NCBI GenBank assembly: GCA_002633005.1
Contig: NMRA01000007.1
Location: 1,192,362 to 1,256,361 of the forward strand
Source of the DNA: Phoronis australis
Taxonomy: Eukaryota > Animalia > Phoronida
Length of the DNA stretch: 64,000 nt
Direction of reading: 5' to 3'
The position numbers and the translations under genes are program-made. Numbering within the stretch: the first letter of the stretch is position 1; each line of letters opens with the position of its first letter. Under the pieces are notes generated by a model, which did no database searches, was not told where the DNA came from, and was given only the letters and a program-made list of their open reading frames with translations. Positions 1 to 12,100 of this stretch are shown here, piece by piece.

Positions 1-200
1 CGGCCCCTGGCGATAACTTCGATGGGACCGAAGTTGGCCGCACATACTGCACAGCAGAACCAATGCTCCGCTGTTAAATCCACCTGTTTACTGCAAAGTT
101 AACTGGCACTGTTAACTTCAATCCAGGATCAAAGTTAACCATTCATACTGACCGCAACTCCCCAAAACATCGACGCGTCGACATTAGTATGAAAGAGCCT
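1..200 (+). mobile_element. Right end of a PIF/Harbinger-like MITE (same family as 4052-4550)
   Basis: Colinear similarity to 4353-4550, ending CATTAGTATGAAAGAGCCT. Confidence 0.75.
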
Positions 201-3200
201 TGAGAAAAGACTTTTCAAAACATCCTTTATAATCGTGATTTTACAATTACCTGATTTTCTTTGTAATTTGAATCATGTTCAACATTAATGACAACTCGTT
301 AACATTAAAAGTATCCTCAAAAGCCAATCACTGATGCCTGACATTAATCGTGTTTGTCTTGCTGTTCAAGTCATGTATTCACCTGGTTGTTAGATGTGCA
401 CCGATAACGTTAGTGGATGACAATTTCCTTAATGCGACATTTTAATAACTCATTAGTCACGTTAATTACACGTTAGAATCGATCCGTGCCATGTGACTTG
501 AGTACAGGTTGACTACATTCTGTTACTGTGTAGTTTATTAACAATACAGATCCTTTGTTATCTTGGTAATACGTTTTTCTGGATTAATTGTTGTTCCCCT
601 GGCATGTACAGTACAAGACAAAAGTAACCAAACCAAATACCATTTTCCCGTCATGACAGATGACAGCTAATTCTGTTAACGGCAAAAGTTACTATAGTTA
701 CTATTAAGGCGCAAAAATTTCTAATCACAAAGTGACTCGGCCACCTTGCTGACTTTTTTGTTTATTCCTCTTCATTTGCGGTCATTAGGAAAGACTACTC
801 TGCCCATGAATGCGGCGTCCGCCCACCTGCCATGATGAGGAATTCTGGGTTATTTTGTCTGAATACTTTCGGCTTTACGGTTCATGGGTCTGAATACTTT
901 TGGCTTGTACTGTATTCACGGTCCAGGGGTATGACTCACCGTCTGAATACTTTTGGCTTATACTGTATTTACTATTCATGGCACAATAGAAAGTGCTGTC
1001 AAAGGTCTAGCAAAAGGCAGGCATCTTGGTTCAGCGTTCACTTCCAATGAGCAAACGTGATGTCTTCCTCGCAATTGAACACAGTCTGTGTCAGTCATTC
1101 GTGTTTGTTCAGTGAAAGTTAATGGCGGACCAACATGTGTTCCTTTTGCTGGGCAGTTTGCATCACTTTTTATTGTTGCCATGGATATGGCAAAAACTCA
1201 TCAATTTTGAACAAAAATAATTACCAAAATAGCCATTTTTTTCATTTCTCAAAGGCTTGTAACATTGTTGTAAATGTCCTCAATTTTTCGATACATTATC
1301 TGGAGGTAGCTATGGTACAAAATTTGAACATATAAAAGCATTTCTAACTGACCTATCGCAAGCTCTGCCCCCTTGCGGAATATCGACTAACAAACAATAA
1401 GTTTACCCGGCAACGTGTTGTTTGTCGGGTAAAATGGCAGCTTGGAAACGAAAGTGTGTCAATAATGGTGCATTCTAAATGATCTGTTAAGCTGTCGCTC
1501 AAAATCCTGGTAGTAGGTCAATTACTGCTTCATAGCTTTCTTGGGAAAAATCAAAAGACAAAATTTAATTTGCCCTTCGTATTGTGTTCTTAATTAGTGA
1601 GATTTTACTGCACTTAATACTCACTACTGGGAAAAGTAATTAACACAGATAAATATCCCATCAAGATAACCGGGGATCTATATTTTACTAAAAAGTAACA
1701 TTAAAAAAACGTTACTCTCACTGTAATGTTGTACTCTTACGGCTAACACGAAAGTTGAGTACCACACTCCGATGTCCCGTAAAAATGTACTTGTGACATA
1801 GACCACTTGTGGTAACGCTTTCTCAAATCAGAACAGAAATAACGGTCAGTCAACCGCTATCTCATAAAATGATAGTCATTTGAGTGAAATGGCAATCGTA
1901 AAATATAGTGTCTTTCCAAAATAAACAAAATTTTATATCAAGACATATTGCATACGTATTTTAGAACAATCCGGTTTTCAAAAACATGCAGATACTGAAA
2001 ATATGCTAACAGGTGTACTTTTTAAAATTTTCTGAAAATCCGCCCTTGGGCATAATTTTTGGTGGGCCTACTTTCGTAAATTCCCAGTTATAATTGATAC
2101 TGGTTATTTGTAAGAGCTCTTTGTTCCTTGGCCATTTTCTTAAAATTAATCTACAGTGAAAACGGTCTTTGCAATAACAATAAAAACAATCATTATAATA
2201 ACTCCATTCATTGATCGTTGCAGTAAGTAAATGTGGGCTAGTGGAAAACTTAATGAAGTTTCGCTCTAGAACACCTGTGCGTCTTGTTTCTTTTTCTACC
2301 AGCCAAAAAATGAATGTGCATTATGGGGTTTTTACCTTTATACTGTATTGATATCATGATTCAATGTGACTATATCTCTGCTTGTGTCTGAACCTTGGTA
2401 CCAGGTGACTATCTGCCGTGAGACAATAAATAACGTCTGTATCTAATTGGACTTGGGCTATTAGGACAGTGCAGTAGATTAGGCAAAAAGGTTTGAAATT
2501 GCTTAATGTAAAAATAGCCGTCAGACTAAGATAAGTTCACTAGGTCTGAAAAGGATACAGTAAGCAATTTGTTTTTTGTTTCCGGCAGTGACCAGAGAAT
2601 GATTTGCCTGCCTTCTGCACTGAATAAAAGGATTCTGAAGTCCAGGATCTTGGCTCACCTGAGGGCAAAGGTGCCTGTGCCTTCTGAGTGGAGATTTTTT
2701 AGCATAGTATCTCTTGTCGGGAGTTGCTCAAGTTGTCAAAACTATCATACCAATTCCACCCCCCTTGGTCGCCACCCTTCGTTGGCAACGCCTCAAGTAG
2801 TAAAAATTAACATTTTGCAAGCGTGATTTCATGCCATTGTTACAGAAGTTGTTGCTAGGCAGCATTCAGAATGATAAAAATTTTGTATCTGTACCAAAAC
2901 CATTGTTCAATGTCACGTACAGTGAGTGATACATGATTTTGTCTTGTCAAAACTGCCAACTTCAAAGTAGAATAAATCGAGTTTGTGGCCGCAAATCTTG
3001 CCTCAGGAGCAGTCAGTGAACTCTACTTGTTGTACAATGTAATTATGTAAAATTAATAAATGTCTGATCACTAGATTAAAAAGTCCTAAAAAGGCTTTGA
3101 TTCCAACAGGGTTTCAAAAGATGACATTGGCTGCCCTTGATTGACTTAGCCAGCGAACCGGCTAACTTGGGGCTAAGGCATCTAATAGGTACACGATGAC

Positions 3201-4051
3201 AACTTTCAGCTTATAGACCAATCACATTTCTTAGTCGGTTGACCCGACGAATCTGGAGAATTCAATCACGCACACTCGTTGTTTGTGACTTTGAAATAAA
3301 ATTTGATCTATAGGGTTTGTGTACACCGGTGGGGTAATCTCACGTAGGAGGGGTTAGCGTGGTTGTGGTGCTAAGTTATGTTTGTATTTTGTCTTCTAAG
3401 AGGGCTATGGTACATCCAAGAAGTATCATCTTGGGTAGGTAAACAAAAGTGGTGACATTGGGGGTAGGTATTGGTGTTTTCTCACGTAAGGTTTTCATCA
3501 CCTTGTGTTGTTTTGGTAGGTATTATCTCACTTTGCAAATATTGACCTGGCCTCGCTTTTTAATGTAAGATGGTACCCTCTACCCACTAGGTGATGGAAC
3601 ACCCTCAGACTATTAGGCATGTTAGTACTTTATTCACCTTTGCTCTCCTGTCCAGGTAGTTAAATCTTTGCTGTCATTCCATTTAGTCATCATCCTAAAA
3701 GAGTTTTCCTAAAGGATTTCTAATTGCAGTCAGACATCGTTAATAGGAACATGATTTATAATGTTACATTTCTCAAGTCCCTAGCTAACTATACTCTGTT
3801 CAAATTGCTTTGGTTACACAGAACTTGGACCACAATGAATGTTTTAGAAAGGTAGTGGGAGGTTTTATTGTAATGCGATTTTACTACAGGCAGTGTATGA
3901 TTAATACCAATCTCCACAGGTGATGGTAAGTATGATCTTATTTGATGGCAAAATTGTGATGTTGGAATATTGTGTTGTCAATTGAAACATAAACTTTTCA
4001 CCAGGAATTGAGGGTCATTTTAAAATTCTGTCTCACAGCTAAGCTTGTTTA

Positions 4052-4550
4052 CGGGCCTTTTCATGCTAACTTAACTCCGCTGGGAGTGGAGCATTGATGT
4101 AAACTGCGAAGTTAATTGAATCGTTCAAACTACCTTCGGTAGTATGGCAGGTGACGCTGTCGTCATCGATGTAATCACAAGGTAGTGCTGATGCATCCCG
4201 TGCATGCTAATATTTTTTTAATGTGACAATATGAGAACACTTACATGTACTAATTGACATGAAACTTATTTCTAATTCCATTGGTAAGTATTGAAGCAAA
4301 GTATAAGCAACTATTAACGACGGCACTGCCCTATATTTGTTGGTGATAACAGCGACCCCTGCCAACAACTTTGATTAGACTGAAGTTGACCATTCATACT
4401 GCACTGCAGCGTCGACACTTCCCTGTTCAATCCACCTATTTACTGCGAAGTTAACTTGCACTTCAACTTTGATCCAGGACCAAAGTTAACAATTCATACT
4501 GACCACAACTCCCCAAAACATCTTGGCTCAACATTAGTATGAAAGGTCCT
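4052..4550 (+). mobile_element. PIF/Harbinger-like MITE, complete
   Basis: TIRs GGGCCTTTTCATGCTAA / TTAGTATGAAAGGTCC; TTA on both flanks (4049-4051, 4551-4553). Confidence 0.8.
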
Positions 4551-6039
4551 TTAGAGACACAGTATTAGTATCAGAGATAAAGTATCTTACCATATTAGTC
4601 AAGAAATTATAAGGAATTTGTTTGCAAGATCTTAAAAAATTCTGCATTTACTGTGGTTTGAAGACAATAACAAAGTGAGTTGTGGTTTGAAGACAATAAC
4701 AAAGTGAGTGAAAAATCGTAATGAAACTGGAGTTGTTTATACCAGACAATAATTTTAATAGAATTTGTATTTTAAACACATATGCTTTGGGCGGTGGAGT
4801 TCAAACTTGAAGGACAAAATCTTGCATCCGAGGTCCCTATAAACGTAGAAATTGCATCACCTTTAAATGAAATATGTGCTCCGAACATCAGCAGAAAAGG
4901 AATTGAGCTACTTGTACGAATTCTACGCATGGCTGTATGTTTTCTGAAAAGTAAATATAACTGTAGCTTATTTTATCTGGATCCAACCGTATGGTGTATC
5001 AGTGGATAAAAGCTCTCTTATTTAGAGTTATCACTGGTTCGCATTGGGAAGAGCTTTGACTACTCAATAATAGCTAATTCATGATCGCAAATGATAGTCA
5101 TTGCTGATTAGCAATGTGTCCAGTGTTAAATTGACATCTTGTTATTAGCCAAGGATACGTAGAGTTTCTTGTCATGTGACAGAACAAAGAAATCGTTTTT
5201 GTCAAATTTATTCGCCAATTAGTGATAAAAAATTGATACTTTTGTTAGCAGGATAGTTTGCACTGGGAATTTCTCCAAACAAATCTCCTGAATATACATT
5301 TACTTCCTAAGCTAGCTCTTGCTTCTTATCTTACTTAGATCTGGTCAGATTATCTCCACATGTAAGCCCATTGGATATTTCCAGATGAACAAAGCATTGT
5401 GATATCAGGCATCAAACGCAATGCTTAGCAACCATTTCTACGTTTGATAGCTTCCTCTGCTTCATTTTCTCATAAATAGTTTTTGAGCCGACTCACAAAA
5501 TTTAAGTTTTGTCGACACGTTGGTCGGCAGTTCTAGGTGAGCCAGTCGTGCCACCTGGTGACTGACCGAATATAGGCCCATTGGTCCTTATTTAGAAATT
5601 TACAGAGTAACCAGAGGGACAGGAACCTACTTGCAGAGCTACGACTGAAAGTTTCTATGGTTTGTAGGGTCTCCAGAGATCATAGTTGCTTTAAAAGTGT
5701 TCATATTGTTCATTAAAAACAAGGCTATGGGGTAGCTTATTTCAATGTCACTAAATAATTTCATTGGGATTACATGATGAGATTAAAAAATGGGGGCTCG
5801 AATTTTTGAGAATGTGGACCTTTTACTAAAAAAAGAAAAACGATGTACTTTCAGAGCTATGAATTGTATATTCGCCGAATTTTGGTAGTTCCTGCCTTTT
5901 TAGTGGACTTTTGTCACGTTTTCTTTTTTTTTTGGACTTTCTGTGTCTTTGAAGCAGATCTTTTTGCCTACTTGGCCAAATGGGGGGCTTGTTTGATCCC
6001 CGTGCCCCTCCTGCGTATGGGTATTCAGTAGAAATGCCT

Positions 6040-6752
6040 TCTAAAAATCCAGAGAACAAACCATTAATCGACAGAAGTTTTCGAAAGTCAGACTGTGGTT
6101 ATCCTATATGAAGGTTCGAAACAGTCTAAAAGAATAGAAGTACTGAGTGCTACTTCTGGGTAGGAAGTCATGATCGTAAGCACGTGGTTGTGATCCCTTA
6201 CGTGAAAGGCCTTTCTGAATCTCTACGACGTACATAGAGTAAATTTGATATAAGTATAGCGGTCAAACATATTTCTACTTCTTGTCACTTATTGGTGCAT
6301 CCGAAAGATTCATGTGCTAGGGAGGATTGTAGTGGTTTTTGTTTATAACAAGAGTGTTTATATTGGTGATACTGGTTGGAATTTTGGTTATAGAATGGCT
6401 GGACATGATGGGGACGTTGATGACAGGTCGGACAGGAAAGCCTCTCTCAGTGAATTTAACAAATCAACTATCAGTGATCACAGAAGAAAAAACAATCCTG
6501 TGGTTGACTGGTAAAATGCAAAAGTAATTGACAGTGAAAGTTGCACTAGAAAAAAAGAGGAATAAGGGAATCAATCTGCATTAGAAAAGAACTCAATGTC
6601 ATGAACAGAAATATTCACACATTTAATCTTTTCGGAATTTATGACGTCAGTTTGACCCCCACTGCATCACAGGGTCACTCTGAGGAAGGAAGCAGTCAAC
6701 ATCAACTTTCGAAAACTTCTGGGGTTTAATGGTCCATTTCCTAGATTTTAGA
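6040..6752 (+). mobile_element. Degenerate Penelope-like retroelement 3' fragment (GIY-YIG endonuclease) with inverted terminal copy
   Basis: Broken frames VVIPYVKGLSESLRR, LLVHPKD, VYIGDTG, STISDH...VVDW, IRESICIRK..VMNR; 6040-6088 is an inverted copy of 6705-6752. Confidence 0.85.
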
Positions 6753-7226
6753 AAAAAAATCTGCAATCCTATTTCAATATTTTCATTGGCTTATCGTCAA
6801 AAGAAACTTAACGAACAATACTGTGGTTACCATAAATTTCTTCAACTACAGATATTGTTCTTCGTTGATTTCCATGGCTATGCCACTGGCATATTATCTA
6901 CAAACTAGGTCTCCTGTTTCTTAAAGTATACCCAGGCTATTAGATAGGTAAAAATATACCATTTTCTGATTATACGGCCTGAGGCTTGCTCTTAGTAATG
7001 AACCACTACTGTACAGCTATCCTCAACCTATGTTTATTTTTATTATTATTTTATTTAAAATTCTTGAAAAGACTGGTGGTCTGATTTTCAAGTAGGCCCA
7101 GTTGAAAATAATCACATGAAGTAAAATACAGACAGCTATGTACAATCAGATTGAAAAGGTTAATAAAATAAATAAAATAAATTAGTATAAAAATCAGTTA
7201 ATAGGTACAATTAGATGAATAAATAA

Positions 7227-8425
7227 GACGAGAGCGCTCGGAGGAGCGACACTTGGCGGAATTAATCGAAAAGACGACGAACACGATATCATTCATGTGA
7301 CTAGCGAAGAAATCAAATAGAGAGCATACCATCAACTACAATAAAGAATGAAAGCCCGTTCAAAACTATCTAAAGTGGTAGTTTGGCAAACACGATAACA
7401 TTCACGTGACTAGCGAAGAAATCAAATAGAGAGCATACAATCAACTACAATAATGAACAATAGATGGCGCAACATAACGGTCCAGTCTGCAGTAGGACAG
7501 TGCTGGCTGGGTCAGTCTGGGTCAACTAGGCATAACCAAAATAAAGTGAACTGAAAGCCAGCCAGCTGCGTCTTTTCATTGGGTCAGTCTGGGTCACAAC
7601 TCTCTGTTAACTTGTGCAGACATAACCAAAACAAAGTGAACTGAAAGCCAGCCAGCTGCGTGCATACGTGACCGAAAGAACAACGGTATCCGAAAATCTC
7701 GAATAATTCAAAAAGTAGACGTCGTAGCGCAAAATGGAAATTATCATCTGAAAGCCCGTTCAAAACTCTATCTAAAGTGTTAGTTTGTCAAACACGATAA
7801 CATTCATGTGACTAGCAAAAAAATCAAATAGAGAGCACACAATCAACTACAATAAAGAACAATAGATGGCGCAACATGACGGATGAACCATGCTTTACAG
7901 TACGACAGTGCTGGCTGGGTCAGTCTGGGTCAACTAGGCATAACCAAAACAAAGTGAGCTGAAAGCCAGCCACCTGCGCGCTTGCATAGGAACAACGGTA
8001 TCCGAAAATCTCGAATAAGTCAAAAAGTAGACGTCGTAGCGCAAAATGGAAAATATCTTCTGAAAGCCCGTCCAAATCTCTATCTAATGTGGTAGTTTGG
8101 CAAAAATCNCGATTTTCAGCCATGTAGGTCGAAAAATGCGGCCTCTACGAGTATTTGACTGTGAAATCGGATACAAAATGGCCGCCACGTCCGCCATGTT
8201 GTATCCGATCATGACCAAAAACAATAGCGTTCCAGTGATTCCCAATCTACATGTTGTGTGCAAATTTCGTGAAAATCGAACCAGAATTGCGACCTGTAGA
8301 GAGCGAACAAAAAAAAAAAAAAAACTTGCTGTCAGAGCAACATACTTGGCGGAAGAATTCCGCGAAGTAAAAAAAAAAAACTTGCTGTCAGAGCAACATA
8401 CTTGGCGGAAGAATTCCGCCAAGTA
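7227..8425 (-). mobile_element. Non-autonomous Helentron/DINE-1-like (HINE) element with internal tandem repeats
   Basis: Sub-terminal IR ACTTGGCGGAA (7251) / TTCCGCCAAGT (8414); 12-bp terminal palindrome 8399-8425; small hairpin CGCTC-GGAG-GAGCG at 7235-7248; T-rich target with no TSD; repeated internal modules 7280-8100. Confidence 0.75.
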
Positions 8426-8448
8426 ATAAAATAGAGTAAAATAATGAT

Positions 8449-8488
8449 GTGCCTACGTGCGCCTACGCGCGTCTACGCGCGCCTACGC
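8449..8488. repeat. 10-bp minisatellite (GCGCCTACGC)x4
   Basis: Read directly from the sequence. Confidence 0.8.
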
Positions 8489-8499
8489 CCCACTACAGC

Positions 8500-8790
8500 A
8501 CTGAGGCCACTATAGTTGAGTATCAGCTTCCCAGCCTTGTTTTGTAATTTTTGAAGTCTATCCTGAAGGCATGATGCACAGTTACCCCACACAACATCAC
8601 AGTAATCAAAGTGTGGTACAATTAGACTCTTGTACATAGTCTGAAGAGTATCCTGACCGACATGGCTCCTGACTCTGTTCAAAAGCCCAATCCGCTAAGA
8701 ATCTTTTGTTGTACATACTCAACATGTTGGTTGCATGATAAATTATGAATCGTAATGCCCAGATATTTATATTTCTCAGTTCTTGCCAGT
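8500..8790 (-). mobile_element. CR1/L2-type LINE ORF2 C-terminal relic; its AT-rich 3' tail probably lies at 7040-7225
   Basis: EKYKYLG-like stretch and MYKSLIVPHFDYCDVVWGNC...LQKLQNKAGKLIL, typical of the LINE post-RT region. Confidence 0.8.
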
Positions 8791-9159
8791 TTTTGGAGAG
8801 TTTTTGTAAAGTCCTTTCTCTGGCAGTTATTTTTATTCAAATTTGAGGAAACGTTTGCCCAATTCTGTTGTTCATGTCTGAGGATAACATGTACGGGTAC
8901 TAATTAACAGATTATAATCATGGCACTAATTAATAGTTTATGATCACATGCACTAATGACGTGTCTGTGATCATCAGCTTGTTACTCAGTGTTAATGTTT
9001 TGTCTCAACTGTCCAAGTGTTGATATTGAATCATCTGCAGATGTCTATTAACCTATAGACGTGCTGTTTTTCTCAATGCGTCAATACCTATTCATCTCCT
9101 TACAGTCTGTACACGCTATGGTCGACAACTGAAGTCAAGCCTAATCTGAACGCACCGCC

Positions 9160-9195
9160 ATGGAGGATTTCCTGGAATATACCCACCTTAGTCTG
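9160..9195 (+). CDS. PRUNE2: Prune exon 1 ([12 protein letters not shown])
   Basis: Strong Kozak context CACCGCC-ATG-G; Prune-like N-terminus; GTAAGT donor; phase 0 matches exon 2. Confidence 0.85.
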
Positions 9196-12100
9196 GTAAG
9201 TTGTGTTGACAGTTGTGTTTCCAAATTCAAAAGCGCGGCCATTTTCTATAAAGAACCTCTATAAGAATTGGTAAGGAAACCGAGGAAGGTAGTCAACTTT
9301 ATTTTTAAGGGGCTACAGCTGGAGAATAGGGCTACGGGATAACCACCTACTCAGGGATTGGACTTGAAAGAGGGATGCAGTTTGTGGGGAGCTTTAATGA
9401 AGCGATCACCTTGTAGTTTTCTTGTGGAAATATCCTTTTATGGGGCTTAATAACCCTTTGTAAGGAGCCTGAAACTGTAGAATAAGAGATGCTGTGTTAT
9501 CAAAAAAACTTTTGCAACTAAAGTTTTGAAAATACAAATAACAGTAATCACTATTATGTGGATTTTTGTAATTGGAAACAGGAACCTCCCAAAGGAAGTG
9601 CCTTTGTAAGGAATTAAATTCGAAAAGGTACCTTTCTTGGGAAACTGGTAGTGAAAAGGTCATTCATCTGAGAGGTTCGTCCTGTACATACCTCTGCTAT
9701 GTGAACATCCCCTGGGGCAACACAGTAGTGGTTACATTTATAGGATGTCTACCTTTTGAATGTTATCCTCAGCCTTTAGGCCGATTGACAAAATGTAGGG
9801 TAGACTTTACACTGCTTCGAGTGTTTTGCACTATTGTGGCGGATGTCAGTGGTCTATAATTGCTGTAAATGTACATTTCATTGCACAATTTTTCCTTTTA
9901 GACCTCTGTGTTGAGGCTGTTATGTTTGAGACAACAATGGGTCTTGTTTGTACGTTTGGGTAATTTTTACTTAACGGGAATACAAAATGGTATGTTTTTT
10001 TGCAATCTGTTGCAAAACTTGCTGTGAACTTTGAAAAATATTTCAAAAGTGTCTACGTGTTTATCATCTCGTGTTTTTGCATTTTGGTTTGTCGATTCAA
10101 GTGGAGGCTTTTTGCTAAAAAACCTCATAATGCAACTCGCACCAAAATGAAAGCTGCTGCAATATGCCACTCAACATTTTTTAAAGTAAACAGAATTTGA
10201 AAAGGAATTTTCAGTAACACTGGAATGGATACAAACCCACAGTCCGTTCACGAAGCGAAGTTTTTATTTCGACCCCGTACCTCCATAAAATTGGCCTCGA
10301 TTTGCTCCTTCTCGGGTAAGTAGCGATTTCTAGGTTCACACAGAACTGACAGTTCGTTATTCCTTGAGACCAAGCTCTGAGCATAAAGCGACATGCCGTG
10401 AAAAGCCAACTTGTAGAGCCTCGTCTCAAGTACTAATAAACTGTCAGTTATTTCGTAGAAGTCCTGAAATCACCTCCAATTTGACCATGGTACAGTTTGT
10501 GAGAAATTTCATAACACCAAGTGGTCCAAATCAAGAGTTAATTTTGTGATGGAAGGCGGGTTTCTTGTTGCTTGAACTTCTGGACTGAGTTGCATAAGAA
10601 TTTAAAATTATCCGCTGGATTAGTTTGATTGTTACTTGACGTCAGGTGCATTGTTCAACAATAACCATGTGATAGTGTGACGTCATTGTTGCTATACGGT
10701 GTATAACTTTTTTGCAACTGGGCCTTGGTGTCAACTAGAAAATTGCAGGCATAATCGTCGTACATGTGCGGTCGATTTATTAAATGTCATAACGATACTA
10801 CAAGACAACGCATGGTCAGAGAGTCTTCCTGGTTGTAATTTTCTTCCTTGTCACCTGAGTAGCAGATATGGGGTTTGGATACTCAACTGATCTAAATAAA
10901 AGATGCCATTTAGCCCAACCCAACTTTCTGCCTGTTGTGTGGATGCAACCTCAGTACAGGGCAGTAACAATCTTGTTCATTTTTTACCATTGGTTGACAT
11001 GTACTGTTGCCTGAAGCTTGACCAGTATAATTACTGGGTTACACTTGTCAGGCTGTGTCAAAAACTCTTATTGGGTCTGTTCAATATATCCTGTCGCCTG
11101 TGAGACATGTTCAGTGAAAATACTCCTACAGGAATAGTGAGAATGGTAAAACCTTGCTATGTTCGGACAAATGTGATTGCCAAATTTGATGTTTTCTTCA
11201 TTTTTTCAAAGACTTGTTACTAATGTCCACAATTTCTCAAAGCAGTGTCTGGTGGTAGTTCTTGTTTGTAGCTTAAAATGATGAAGCATAAATATTTGTT
11301 ACTTCTCTATAGAAAATCACTTTTCTGTTGTATTGCATTCTAAATTGGTGGGATTTTATCGCATTCGGGTTGTTTACATACTGTTTTCTCTATTAACAAA
11401 ATATTGTAGCATATGACAGCCATTTTCTTAGTGTGGGCTGGTAATAGTAAAATGGTGAGCTTACTTGTACAACACACAGTAATCATCCCTTTATTTCACA
11501 CAAAATAAATTGAACATTTTCCTGATAGTCCATGGCAGAAGTGAATATACAGACTTCATTGATGGTGGCTGTGCGAAATTAACTGACAGAGTAAACAAGC
11601 TTCCTATACTGTGAATTTAATGATTAAATGCTGTCTATGGGTTGCCAATGTGATCCATTTGACATTAGTTAATTTACTTTATGCTTTCGGATATCAGAGT
11701 ACTTTACCCCATCTTTAGTGAAACACTCTGTTCAGGCCCTTTCGCACTAGGATCGACATGGTCAGTGTGAACAATTAGCTTCAGTCGTGGATGGAAGATA
11801 ACAACGCCAGTTAACTTGGCAGTAAACAGATGGATTTAACAGCAGAGAGTCAACACTACAGTGCGGTATGACTGGTCAACTTTGGTCTCATCGAAGTTAT
11901 CGCCAGGGGTCACTGCTATCGTCAACAATTAAGTGGCAGTGTCATCATCGTTTGCACAAACTCTGTCTCCCCCGCTCCACTACAGACCTTCGTTGCGCAC
12001 GTTTCGGCACCACCTTGGTCCCAGGTATTGCACCGGCCCCCTATTTGAATTCGAGATGTTCTATTTTTTCTGGCGGGCCGTTATTTTGCGGACGCGGAGG

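Noticed and set aside
200-6000. An additional host gene upstream of Prune
   Set aside because: Only short ORFs without recognisable motifs or a consistent exon chain; small exons could have been missed.
7920-8426. Overlapping 67-112 aa ORFs on both strands
   Set aside because: They lie in the non-coding HINE core and poly(A) runs and have no recognisable protein motif.
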